64,000 nucleotides of DNA from Diadema antillarum (taxonomy: Eukaryota): NCBI RefSeq assembly GCF_040938485.1, contig NW_027272492.1:124001-188000 (forward strand), written 5' to 3'. Under the pieces are notes generated by a model. It ran no database searches. It was not told where the DNA came from and saw only the letters and a list, made by a program, of their open reading frames with translations. Positions within the stretch are counted from its first letter, which is position 1; each line of letters opens with the position of its first letter. Made by a program: the position numbers and the translations under genes. Below are positions 37,831-48,969 of this stretch, in pieces.

Positions 37831-38307
37831 AAAAAATACATTTAGTTAGTACATTAATGCTCGTTTAAAAGTCATATCATGGCATGAATGGGACGGGGCT
37901 ATTTATGTAGCGTACAGTTTCCACACAGCTACCATTATACCTTTCTTGTAATGCGCCTTAAACAGAGACAATATTCTGATGGTGTCACCAGTGTCTCAAA
38001 CCTTTGCAATGTTCGTATTTTGCAGTGAAGTACTACAAGAGAACTGTTGGGATTCCTTTCATGGACAGCTTTCTACAGGAGCTGGGCGACAGGTTCTCGG
38101 CTGACAACCGTGCACTGAAGTCAATCATGTCACTCGTCCCTCTGGTGATGGTAGGGCTCGCGGATGCCGAGTCACTGGCTGAGGATCAGCTCTTCTGGGA
38201 GAAGGATCTCTCTTTCCCCCTGGCCCTGAAGGTACGATATGACACTTTACATTTAACAGTGAAAAGGTGGTGGAGATTGTGCAGATATTGTATAAAATGA
38301 ATCTTAA

Positions 38308-38687
38308 AGGCACTGTATAACAGTGTTTCCAGTTAAAAAATCTGAACTTCATGATTCCCCATGCTACCAGTGTCTTAGATGAGGTCTAAGAATGAAGCCC
38401 TGAAAAAATTGCAGTTCAAAATGATCATTAAGTGCATTTGAACAGTGAAAACCACTGAGAGACCATTCCAGTTTTCCCCATAGACTGCTGTGTGGTAGAT
38501 TTTGAGTCCACCCCGGACGGGTAAATCATGTGCTCTCAATCGGTACACAATTTGTTAGTGACAGCTGAACTGTCTAAATTTATGTGTTCTAGGGTGATTC
38601 TTGGTCCAATTTAACACTAACATATGTGTCAGATAGCAAAGTTTGATACTTTTTTAAATGGGGATTCCACAATGTTATACAGTGGCT
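38308..38687. mobile_element. Kolobok-like MITE (TTAA target) in hAT intron 3
   Basis: TTAA|AGGCACTGTATAAC ... GTTATACAGTGGCT|TTAA; purine-purine termini. Confidence 0.75.
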
Positions 38688-39332
38688 TTAATATACGTTT
38701 ATTTCTGTATTTTTTTTTTTTAATTTTGTGCTTTCAGAGAGAGCTGGTACGCTGGAAGAGTTTCTGTACGGCACTCTGTCAGAAAGGTGACGTCCCTGAC
38801 AATCTGGTCGACACCCTGCCACTAGCTGATGGTGACGTCTTCCCCAACATCACGGAACTGATCTTAGTTGGCTGCACGTCACCAATCGGATCCTGCGAAG
38901 CTGAGCGTTCATTCAGTGCCCTCAGACGTGTGAAGACATACCTCCGTTCCACCATGACAGAGGAGAGACTGGCGGGCCTCACCTTAATGGCAGTACACTT
39001 CAGACATGCAGCACAGCTAGACAGAGGTGGTCAAGCAGTTCGTCAGGGTTAACCCAAGGCGACTCCTGTGCAACTCCATCCTATTTGACTAGACCACATA
39101 TTGTCGATGGGCTTATAAAACCTCGTATCTCAACATTTTGTGAAAATGACTTTTTTGCAGAAATATGAAGTTTAAAGGTAAATGATATGATTGGGAGAAA
39201 TAAAAAATGCCTTGAGAACCAAACTTGCTGAAAGACGTACCAAAGATACACCAGCTGTAGTGTACCTCATGGCTGGAAGGATTAACATTTGTCTTGAAAT
39301 TGTTTACATTAGGAGAATCGAGCATTAACATA

Positions 39333-39842
39333 CACTGTTGGTCATAAAGGTGGAATATTTTTGTTAGTTTCAATCCTTCCACTTAAATCATTGTAATTTG
39401 AATACTTTCAGAGCATTAAAGATGATATTTGGACACAATGTTATTTAATAGTTTTTGCTGAGTTTAGATGAAACACCAATGGTGTAGATCATTTCATGCT
39501 TCACTGAGCACTGGTTTTATCCAGTCACAACAATGTGGATGATGGTGCAAAAGTTTTGTGCGCCCCGTTCTGCACACTTGCGAAAAATTTATAATTTTCA
39601 ATGTTCCAATTTTTTTCTTTCTCTTTCCTTAACGTAAATCATAACTTGAATGATTTTTTTCATGCTTCGCTGAGCACGCAAAAATGGCTTATTGGAGATA
39701 GGACATTTACAAATCTGCCATTAATTATTAAATAACATTGTGTCCAAATATCATCTTTAATGCTCTGAAAGTATTCAAATTACAATGATTTAAGTGGAAG
39801 GATTGAAACTAACAAAAATATTCAACCTTTATGACCAACGTG
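39333..39842. mobile_element. Tc1/mariner-type MITE with ~120-bp TIRs
   Basis: TA|CACTGTTGGTCATAAAGG... arm 39333-39450 is the near-perfect reverse complement of 39723-39842 ...CCTTTATGACCAACGTG|TA. Confidence 0.85.
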
Positions 39843-41058
39843 TACCAACAACATTGAGAAAGTGTCATTCAATGACACAAAGAGATCCCATAAAAACGTA
39901 CACAACTGTCGCAAGTATACTGATGATAATTCTTACCTAATGAGTTCACATCTGACCACAATTTTTTCACAGTAGAATCCTTGCATATAGTTTACTTGAT
40001 TTTATGTGAAGATCGAAGATCGAAATAAATTGTATGATTGTAGCATAACAAGTGGCACCTGTGAAAAGTTTGTTTATTTGAGTCTCAAATTTTATGCACA
40101 ACCTTCAATTGGCTGAATAAGCAACATTTAGTTCTACTTAATTTTCATTTCTACTTCATTGGCCTGAACTCCAGTATAATCAACATCGCAGAGTTTACTT
40201 TAATTTAAGAGTTGTGGTACTATACAATTCAACATACGTTACACTGTCTTAAATCTACCTTTTTATCACGTATCTTTCCCAGTTACTTTTCATTTGTATC
40301 TCATGTTGTTAGAGTTAGACCAAAAAGAAAGAACGCACACTAGAGGGAAAACAATTCAAGGGCAAATACTGTGTGAAGATATAATGATATTCAACTCATC
40401 TGGTAATTGATAACCAAACACATGATAACTCTGGATATAACTGTGTTCTAAACTGTTATTTGATCTTATTCTAATAAGACGTAATATCATGGACTGCTTT
40501 TTATGTTCTCCATTACGTTAGTAGATGCCAGGAAAACATCACTTACGGGGTTCAAATAGCTAAAAAAAAAAAAAAATTGGCGCGACGCCACGCAGCTCAC
40601 AGACATCGCCTTGTGGACGATGCTCTGCATCGCCATTGGGACATCACAAACCCAGGGACCGCGGAGCCAGGGTCGGCAAAAAAGATAAAAAATAGAGCAT
40701 GCAAGTATGCTTAAAATCGCAAGCTGGAACCCTAAAAATGAAAATCTCCCTACTGTGGGAGGGGGGATACCCCCCTCCCACACCCTCCCCCCCCCCCTCG
40801 CTCGCTTCACTCGCTTGGGCTTGGTCGCTACGCTCCCTCGCAATACCCAGCTCAGCCCCTCAAACCCCCCCCCCCTTGGAAAAAAGCTAGATCCGCCCCT
40901 GCAGCACAACGTGTATTATGGGAATTTGTGCATGTCTTGTACACAGTATAATACTGTAATACGTACTGTAGCATAGACGTTTGTTTGTTTGTTTGTAAGT
41001 TTATTTTCTGTATTGATTGCTTTTCTCTAACCAGGTATTTATAGTTTTGACTGCAGAT

Positions 41059-41268
41059 ATGGCTACTGAAGGTGCCAATTGGGCACCAGAGGACATGAGG
41101 TGACTGCTGCTTTTGTAGGCAGAACCCAAGGTTCAACATAAACTGAAATCGAAGGTCCGAAACAACTCGGAGCTTGCCCATGCTGGGTATACACCCAGGG
41201 ATGGCCATTCTTGTAGAGACAAAATAAACAGAATACAAAGGGAATATAGGGCCATTCACGACGACTAG
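41059..41268 (+). pseudogene. Harbinger Myb/SANT-like DNA-binding protein remnant
   Basis: MATEGANWAPEDMR*LLLL*AEPKVQHKLKSKVRNNSELAHAGYTPRDGHSCRDKINRIQREYRAIHDD*, trihelix/MSANTD pattern W..E...LL..W.E...GY.R....CR.K...YR; stops explicable as CGA>TGA and TGG>TAG. Confidence 0.7.
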
Positions 41269-41477
41269 CCAAAAAAGCGCGCACCGTATATGACCCCTTC
41301 TCCTCGCGTCAAATGGCGCAATGCAGCTGCGCAGTGACAAGGCCAGTTTTCGAGTTGGCAATGAGTTTAGAAATGCAACTTCTTTTGAGGAAGGCGTTTG
41401 TAAAGGGTTTTGGAAACGACTTTTAAAAGAGGGTATAGAAAGCCGTTTCAAACTGGAGAAAGATGATAAATGCGGCC

Positions 41478-41577
41478 AGAGCCACAGGCAAATCAACATC
41501 CTAGGAAACTCAGAAGTATTTAACCGGAAGCCTTGTTGCTGGCCACAAATTTCATATGAAGTTTCAGGATAAATGCA
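41478..41577 (+). pseudogene. Academ-like transposase, 3' continuation after the Harbinger insertion (truncated at the TIR)
   Basis: (AGA)GCC ACA GGC... reads ATGKSTS*ETQKYLTGSLVAGHKFHMKFQDKC, continuing in frame from LLNI at 32735. Confidence 0.65.
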
Positions 41578-42826
41578 CTACTCAGATATTGGTACCTCGT
41601 TCATCTAATCAAAACCCTCTGGGCTGCTGGGCTACAACATATGACAGGATGAATTTTAACTACACTCAGTATCACACAGAATGTAACAAATTAGTCAACT
41701 GAAATGAAATTTTCAAAAGCCAGTACTGTTTTTTCTTTTAAGTACGACATGTGTATTTTCAACTGAATGTGAGCATGAATAACACAAATTTACTTTTCCA
41801 CTGCCACGTAGTGCTTTATACCACACTCATGAATGTTTGACAAACTGGAGATGTTACCCAACTCACAGCAATAACACCCTGTAGATATAACGTAAAACAA
41901 AGTGTGTTTATCAAGTCAGTCAGGTCTCCATACAGTTCTGGATCTGTTGAATAATTACCCTCAATACACTAATCCCTGGCACAATTACTATAACTATATT
42001 ATTCTCTTCCAGGGTATCGCATGTCTCGTCACTCCCACGTATGTCTGAAATAAAGCAAGTTACTGTTGTACACCCTGTTTTCCATTGAACTTATATTTTC
42101 ACTCATTTAGACAGTGTGTCTGTCATCTTAAAAAATCTCAGCTCTTTGATGTATTAGCAAATCTAAATTGATTCGGTAATTTCATTCTTCTACTAGTGAT
42201 TATAGACTTGATGTTTTCCTGTCATAAAATGAGCACACAATTCATGTCTTTAGAGCTGGTGCCCTGAATTGACATGATCCTCTGAATGAATTTACCTGAT
42301 TTGGATACTGACTTGAAATGATAAAAAAAAAACCCACCAAAAACTCTGATAATTAGACTCACTATAGGTACTAGTATATGGTGTGTCCTTCTGTTATGTC
42401 CTTTAACTATTTACTGGTCGAACCCTCATCTGACAAAATAAAGGCCAAAAGAGTTTTTTAAAATAATGTGACTGGTCCATGAGTACTTCAAACCACAAAA
42501 CTGTTTGGAAATATGGTTGCTCTGGATTTGCAGTGCCGAATATAATCCATGCACATCCTTCATCACTGCAGAAGAGCACATTTTCTCTTATTTTGAGAAG
42601 TTGCTCTGGACATACTGTTCGAGCTCTGCTGTATTTGCTATTACACCATGACAAATGCTAGTTGTAGCAAACTCTTGGCCACTTGTACTGATAACATTCT
42701 CACTGAGGCATGGACTGTCACTTAAGACAGGTCACATGACCTGTCAATCTATCGCACAAAACTCTACCAATTTGGCCATCTGTCTTCTTCATTTGGTGTA
42801 AAGTCACATAACCTTCCCTGGTGTCC

Positions 42827-42871
42827 TCATTGAATGTCCATCATTCGGTCCTTGTATTTTTGTACACTGTC
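42827..42871 (-). CDS. POLR1D: POLR1D exon 5 (terminal)
   Basis: DSVQKYKDRMMDIQ-TGA; 45 nt; tttgcatttgcag| acceptor. Confidence 0.9.
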   Translation of the reverse strand, partial: DSVQKYKDRMMDIQ

Positions 42872-43374
42872 CTGCAAATGCAAAGGTGAATTTGAGAAAG
42901 GGAGAGGCATTACTACTTGTGGACTAAACAACTGCTGGGTAGAATTGAAAAAGAAAAGAGAAAGAAAAAGACAGATGTAGTATGAAGAGACAATTCTGTC
43001 AAAGATGTATCAGATTTCGTGACATTGCTAAATGGTGCATGTCAACACAAATGGGTTTCTGTAATAACAATTACGACTTTTAATTTGCTGACATTAAACT
43101 CACTTGACAGCAGCATCGAATAAAACCCGTTGAGAACAGACTGATTTTGCTACAACATACATTTACCACAGACACTTGCCCCAGTATACTTGGGACTCGT
43201 CCTCAATGGGTTAACCAAACCATCTATTAAATGGAGGATTCAAACCATTCTTCACAATCACCTGAAGTCTGCATAGATCTAGAATAGCACCCATCAGGTT
43301 TTCCAATATATTACTGAGTATAATCTCTTTGATTTACTAGGATAGTGAGTAAAGACATAACAAGTAGAACACAC

Positions 43375-43411
<37 letters not shown>

Positions 43412-44455
43412 TACATTATTGCAGCGGACAGATTTCCAATTGTTTTACTTGTCTAAAAGTTGGATTTAATTTTCACTAGGTGGGCAATCATGCAAGTGCA
43501 AATGTATGTAGTACTTTGCTACAGCATTTAAAATCACCGTACCTTGAAAGTTTCCTGAATGTGATCACAGACATCTGACAGATTTGAGAGTCCTCTGGTG
43601 AAGGCAGCAGCAGCAGGTGAACCTAATATCAAGAAACAAAATGAATTGATAAGAAAGTATCACTAACTATAGTGGTTCATACAGGCCTGGAATAAAAAAT
43701 AATGATGGTGAGGAATGAAGATGAACAAAAATCCCAATCTGCAAGAAATAGAGAGGTGAATGTTCAATCACTTTTAAAAACTACAACTGTTATGATGAGG
43801 AATGCTCTTTTTGTGTTGTTGATAACCCTGAAACGTGAAAATTTACTTAAACAATCAAGCTTGGCTAAGTCAAATTTATTTTGGACTGAATATACAGTAG
43901 ATTCAACTCGGAGAAAATTCGACTTATGAGGGATTAACATCAATATATTAAAAAAACAGGAGGGCTTGAAAAGACCATCGGCTTTGGCAATTATTTGACT
44001 TATGCACAGTCGACTTAAGCAAGGTCGACTGTACATGTATTTAGACAATGACTGGCTAGACAGAAGTATGTTCATAGACAGGCAGTTTGGGGGATTAAAT
44101 GAATGGCTTTTGAAGTGCAAAATAATTGTAATACTTACTCCATTGTGTAGGAAATATTTCTAGGGATTTACACATGGCATATTATTAGTGTTGCAAAACT
44201 TGGTAGTTACAATGTAAACATGCTCAACAATGAAAGCAGTCACGATATAAAATAATTCTTTACATGGATTCTTCTTTGGCTTGGCTGATGGCGGGGGAAA
44301 ATGGGAAGAGATGAGAATTTGAATATGCTGTGTGGCAAAATGAACAAACAAACACCAAATGCTAACTTTATATGCAGAAAACCTAATGAATTTATTTAGC
44401 ACAAATTTCGTAAATTGTATGGAGCATTCTGAATGAATAGGTACAGCTGTATATG

Positions 44456-44492
<37 letters not shown>

Positions 44493-46723
44493 CCATTCGT
44501 GCTAGAGCAGACATTGACAGAAGATATCCTGTTGAGCCCGATGAGAGTTGCAACTCACCTTTTGTCTGTATTCTCAGGTTTATCCTGTTTTCTGTTGGGT
44601 GAGGCACACTGTAACCACAGAAGTCCACATCGGGGCTGACAGTGACAAAGGGAAACACACATAATCTGATAAAAAGGGACTTCAGCCACTGGAATGAGTA
44701 AAGTCATTATTCAAGGACCTTCCATTAGTCAAATTCCACAGAGGGCTCCATTAAAACCTTGCTAATCAAATTATCACTGAGTTCATGCCTGCTTTAATGT
44801 ATCTAACTGGCTTAGATGCCTGATGAATGGGCTTCACTATCACATCATTACAGAATGGAGCGAAAGTAAGGAACTAAAATAAGCAATATCCCAATAAGAC
44901 TTGGATACTAAACCAAAATAATCAAGATTCAGACACCTTGAAATGGTCCATATCACTAAGGGAACTTAATTTCTCTTAATGTTTAAGATAACATTCTGCA
45001 ATCTAACACAAAAGGGTGACAAAGAAAATGCGTACCTGTAAAAGTACTTAGTTACCATGTAACATGTCAAATATAAATATCTTGATTGAATTTAATGCAA
45101 ATGTAGCCCATAGCTAGCAGAAAAGAGAAATTATCATCTTAGACATTATTCACATACACTGTACTCTATTCTGACTCATTTCTAGAGTTGTAGATGCAAA
45201 AATAAGGGAAGGCAGCTTTGAATGCAACAAAGAAAGATATGAATGAAAGGAATATTTGTTGTGTACTGGTTTACTTACTCTTTCATGATAATATATCTCA
45301 GTGCATTTCCAAGTGTGTGGTCTTCACCGTGCATAACAAATGTCACAGATGTGGTCTTATCCAGGTTCTCTGTCATCTGTGCTGTTTGCACCTGTGATTC
45401 ACGAATAATTGGATCAAAAGGACAATAGCAAAGAACTTTACATGTCTCTTAGAAACACACTAGGACATCTGTTACTACAATTCTTTCACAAGGGAGTGAA
45501 AGGATGGACTGAGAAAAAGGATAAGAGTGCACAAAGGATCATGAGTTTGCCATTAAAATGCTATCACTGTTAGCACTGAAAGATGGTTTCTCAAAGAAAG
45601 CTCCAACCACTGGGCTCAGCTGCATTATTTATGACACCACGCACAACCAAACAGACTATTAGCTAGCAAAATTGTAAAGCATGACAGCTCGAAGCACGTG
45701 CTGAAAGAGTTGATCTCGAACAGTTGGCCAGATGACACAAGCTTGGTGCTAAAGGTACAAGAAGGTACAATGTACACTGTAGTTTACTACATACGCATAC
45801 GGTATACATTAGTCAACATGTAATAATTTACTTGTTGGGACATTGATTGAAGCATAATTCTGTAACAGTTCGACAGCATCACTGCAGCCATGCCATGGTT
45901 GTGGGTGTGATGCGAGTGCATCACTGTATAGTTTCATATCTTTATTTCTTTCCATTATATTGATCATTGACCAATGATACAATGTATTGGCCCATCTCAT
46001 TGGCATCGGGCTCATCACAATTTTCTTGCAAATCGTTCTTCTACAGAGTTCTAGGCTACGTTATCTCAAGTGAAATACTTTGCTTGCATGTCCAGCCAGT
46101 AACTAGCGGTAAATGGAGATATAAACAACCCTCAGCAGGCTTCTCCTATTATCACTGGCCACTTAATTCAATCCAGTTTGGTGTCAACCCTCACTTGGAT
46201 TGAAAAAAAGGCAGTGCTGGACTCAGATTCTCTGCTTAAAAGTTTGAACATGAGACACAATTTCATGGTCGTAAGCGACACAAATCAGGATATAATTTAT
46301 CAATTGGAAACGTCTACGTCTAGACATGATGTGATACTTATCAATATCATCAGACATTAAATCTAAAGTTTACAGCATCACTACATGGCAGAATGTTCTA
46401 TCAATCTTCTGCTTTAAATATATAAAACTAAAACGTCAGATGTCTTAGATTTACGTGACACCGTGGTCATTGATCAACTGATCAATGGAGTACACTGGTG
46501 CAGTAATTATACACATGTCTATCAGATACAATGTACATATGAAGCTGTGCTAAAACACACACACACATTTAGCAGTACACGGGACTAACATGGGCTATCG
46601 ACAATCATTTTATCGAGCTTCATCGGGAGTTACAGGTATGTCTGGACTTCAACAGTAATAAATAAAGTAAAGTTTACTTACAAATCCTAGTCTCCCACTC
46701 CCTTTGACCTCTGTACTCGCCAT
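42827..46723 (-). CDS. POLR1D: DNA-directed RNA polymerases I and III subunit RPAC2 (AC19), 5 coding exons, 118 aa
   Basis: complement join(46723-46682,45391-45279,44635-44559,43622-43543,42871-42827) = 357 nt, GT-AG, phases compatible. Protein MASTEVKGSGRLGFVQTAQMTENLDKTTSVTFVMHGEDHTLGNALRYIIMKDPDVDFCGYSVPHPTENRINLRIQTKGSPAAAAFTRGLSNLSDVCDHIQETFKDSVQKYKDRMMDIQ; EDHTLGN and FCGYS.PHP..NLRIQT are RPB11-like/AC19 signatures. Confidence 0.96.
43126..43210. mobile_element. piggyBac-type mini-MITE, second copy (POLR1D intron 4)
   Basis: CCCGTTGAG...ctgattttgctacaaca...CCTCAATGGG|TTAA. Confidence 0.7.
43375..43409. repeat. (CA)n microsatellite
   Basis: Direct reading; a second (CA)n at ~44455-44488. 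Confidence 0.95.
43543..43622 (-). CDS. POLR1D: POLR1D exon 4
   Basis: SPAAAAFTRGLSNLSDVCDHIQETFK; 80 nt; gatattag| and AAG|gtacgg. Confidence 0.93.
43852..44031. mobile_element. Family C MITE in POLR1D intron 3
   Basis: aagtcaaatttattttggactgaa...gacttatgagggatta...cgacttaagcaaggtcgactg|TA. Confidence 0.65.
44559..44635 (-). CDS. POLR1D: POLR1D exon 3
   Basis: PDVDFCGYSVPHPTENRINLRIQTK; 77 nt; cactgtcag| and G|gtgagt. Confidence 0.96.
45279..45391 (-). CDS. POLR1D: POLR1D exon 2
   Basis: VTFVMHGEDHTLGNALRYIIMK; 113 nt; aatcacag| and GA|gtaagt. Confidence 0.95.
46682..46723 (-). CDS. POLR1D: POLR1D exon 1 (MASTEVKGSGRLGF)
   Basis: gagATGG start, TTT|gtaagt donor, phase 0 matching exon 2. 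Confidence 0.8.
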
Positions 46724-46913
46724 CTCTTGTAGTTAGTCCCGTAACCCCAGTGAAAATCGCTTGGCAGTCGAAGTGCAGGCGTCCTACCACACAACACGTG
46801 CAGCGCTATGCTCTAGCTGCTATACGCGATATACTGTAGCTCATCAACAATGAAGTGATCGCCCCCCCCCCCCCCTCCCCAGCCCCTGCGCACACTGATC
46901 TCTAGGAAAAAAG

Positions 46914-47050
46914 NNNNNNNNNNNNNNNNNNNNNNNNNNNNNNNNNNNNNNNNNNNNNNNNNNNNNNNNNNNNNNNNNNNNNNNNNNNNNNNNNNNNNNN
47001 NNNNNNNNNNNNNNNNNNNNNNNNNNNNNNNNNNNNNNNNNNNNNNNNNN
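46914..47050. other. Assembly gap (N run) upstream of POLR1D
   Basis: Run of n. Confidence 0.99.
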
Positions 47051-47351
47051 TCATGGAGATGAGTGGTGCATGCATTTTTGTCACATCCGACTTGGAGGCT
47101 GTGTAGCTAGGAATAAAGAATCTGTTTTTCAAGATCGCCATATAAATCCCCAAAAACAATTAGGTCCTACAGTAAAATATTGCAAATAACAAATTGCAAC
47201 ATTACAAATTACCAATGGCAATAGCCTCTTGCAAACTGTTGTTCTCCACCACCTATACGCTCTTATTTCGGATTCTTCTGTACACGGATTCGAAATATAG
47301 TATAGAAACTAGATTACGAAAATTGGGATTCAACCATGTCTCTGTCAGACC

Positions 47352-47534
47352 CAGCGGCGGATCCAAAGGGGGGGGGGGGGGGGGGGGGGGCGCAACCGGC
47401 GCACGTCCCCCTTTATTTTTTGTTAAAAACAATAGAAATAAAAAGAAAAAAATGAAATGAAACCCGGAAGTGGCACTAGAAATATTAGTTGCGCCCCCCC
47501 CCCCCCCTTTACAGAATTCCTGGATCCGCCCCTG
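47352..47534. mobile_element. hAT-type MITE with 6-bp TSD
   Basis: TIR CAGCGGCGGATCC / GGATCCGCCCCTG; CAGACC at 47346-51 and 47535-40. Confidence 0.8.
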
Positions 47535-48969
47535 CAGACCTATGACGGAACATATACATTTTTGATTTAGATCAGAGTTTTCTAAACATAAACGCAACCA
47601 ATCAAAATTTCTACTTATATACCACGTATGTTCAAGTGAGCTAAAATCAACAAACAAACAAACAAACAAAAATGATATTATCAGCAGTATTCATGATAAT
47701 TATCATAATTATCATTTTTATTTTTATTATTATTATTGTTATTATCATTATTATTATTATCATTATTATTATTTATGGTAATAAAACGTATGTATATTTC
47801 AATCAATGTTTTCTAGGAGTACTTTCATTAAGTATACTCGGGAGGTTATCTTCTGTTTCATTCATTATTCTAATGGTATATAATGTACACTGTAAACACT
47901 TTATACATAAACCTGTGCTTTGTAACATATACATGACTTGTTGTATATCCATAGTACGGTTCATGTGCCCTTGTAAATAGTGTATATATGGTGTTTTTGT
48001 TATTTCACTCAGCCTTATCCTTGATAATATTTTGTCTACAATCTGTAAGGGGACTACATCTAACAAGCAGTGCTTCTAAGTAGTCCCCTCCACATTTGTA
48101 CATAGTGTTATTTTTATCTCAGAATATCACGATATTTTGTATAAACATGTAATATACTCTGTATAGTTTTGATATAATGTCCACTATGTGTTATACCCTG
48201 TATATTTTATCATATAATGTCCACTATGTGGAATATGAATAAATTTCATTTCATTTCATATCATATAGGCCTATTGTTTATATGGGCTTACAGTAAAAGC
48301 ATGGTTGGCTCTGCGCAGGATCATTCGAATAAAAATTGTACTAGTATCAAACTTCTTGTGCAGAAGTAAGCCTAATAGGCCTATATTTATTCGATATGCT
48401 TCATAAGAACTGAGAATTTTGTTTACCTGATCGGATGCAACAAATGCCAGACTGTGTCATACAATTCATCATTATTCAATGAATTAAATACAAATGTTGG
48501 ATTAGCCATATAGGTTTAAAAGAAAACACACTGGTGTTGGCGGACTTTCCACCTGGACCTGGAGACACCCGTTACCGTGGCCAGCAGCCCCATCTGAGTC
48601 ATGACCATGACAATTGCTATTCCAGCCAGAGTTACTATCATATCAACTTTTTATGAAACGGGGCCAGGCCTAATTTCATAAAAGAAGTTAGGATAGCAAC
48701 CACAGGACCGAGGTGGTTTCATGTAATGAGTCACTCCATGTTCGGGTTGACTTTCATCAGATAAAATAGAATAAAATCAAATGGAGTGGTAGACATACGG
48801 GAGACAATAAGTAGCAGATGAATAATCAGGTATATAAAAAGACAATTAGTTGGAAGCTTTACCTGTTGCACAGAATAGTTTATATGTGGTGTATACGTTG
48901 GTCGCATCACAAAAATGTGAATGATGTGATTATGGTCACCTCACAACTCTACTATTTGCTTCGCACAGA

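Larger units (their letters stand above)
33510..39092 (+). pseudogene. hAT transposase, 4 exons (33510-33565, 35776-37644, 38026-38231, 38738-39092), about 830 codons, three lesions
   Basis: TTF-type zinc finger (WLKDYEWLSYS..YCKYC...H...H), DUF4371-like (LRGHRDD..N.GVF..TIQNEII), FSVIADEVTD, GQSYDGASAM, CKTRW, hAT dimerisation domain (FPNI...SCEAERSFSALRRVKTYLRSTMTEERL). Lesions: SPK-TGA at 37106-08, phase mismatch at the exon 2/3 junction, frameshift at ~39020 before EVVKQFVRVNPRRLL. Confidence 0.9.
33026..40901 (+). mobile_element. hAT DNA transposon (Tip100/ZMYM1-PRKRIR-like transposase), 5-bp TSD
   Basis: TIR CAGTGGCGGATCT / revcomp CAGGGGCGGATCT (12/13); CAGCA duplicated at 33021-25 and 40902-06; G/C-run subterminal regions; encloses a full-length transposase. 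Confidence 0.75.
32736..41477 (+). mobile_element. PIF/Harbinger element (internally deleted), interrupted by hAT
   Basis: TIR GGGTGCGTTTATCA / revcomp GGCCGCATTTATCA (11/14); 3-bp flanks ATA/AGA; shared AAACGGCTTTC subterminal motif; contains a Myb/SANT remnant; splits the Academ ORF precisely. Confidence 0.7.
24239..41634 (+). mobile_element. Decayed Academ (AcademX-type) DNA transposon hosting nested insertions
   Basis: Imperfect TIRs 24239-24305 (cagcctggcaagccagagggt...aacgaggtaccaatatct) and 41578-41634 (revcomp tagcccagcagcccagagggt...aacgaggtaccaatatct); YAG..CTR termini; 3-bp CAA on both flanks (24236-38, 41635-37); encloses an Academ-like transposase pseudogene. Confidence 0.7.

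Noticed and set aside
40852-41499. 215-aa minus-strand ORF
   Set aside because: It is the antisense shadow of the Harbinger Myb/SANT remnant and TE termini, with no recognisable domain.
45800-46360. Alternative POLR1D exon like the vertebrate second isoform in intron 1
   Set aside because: Only short stop-interrupted frames are present, with no resemblance to the recalled isoform-2 sequence and no clean exon.
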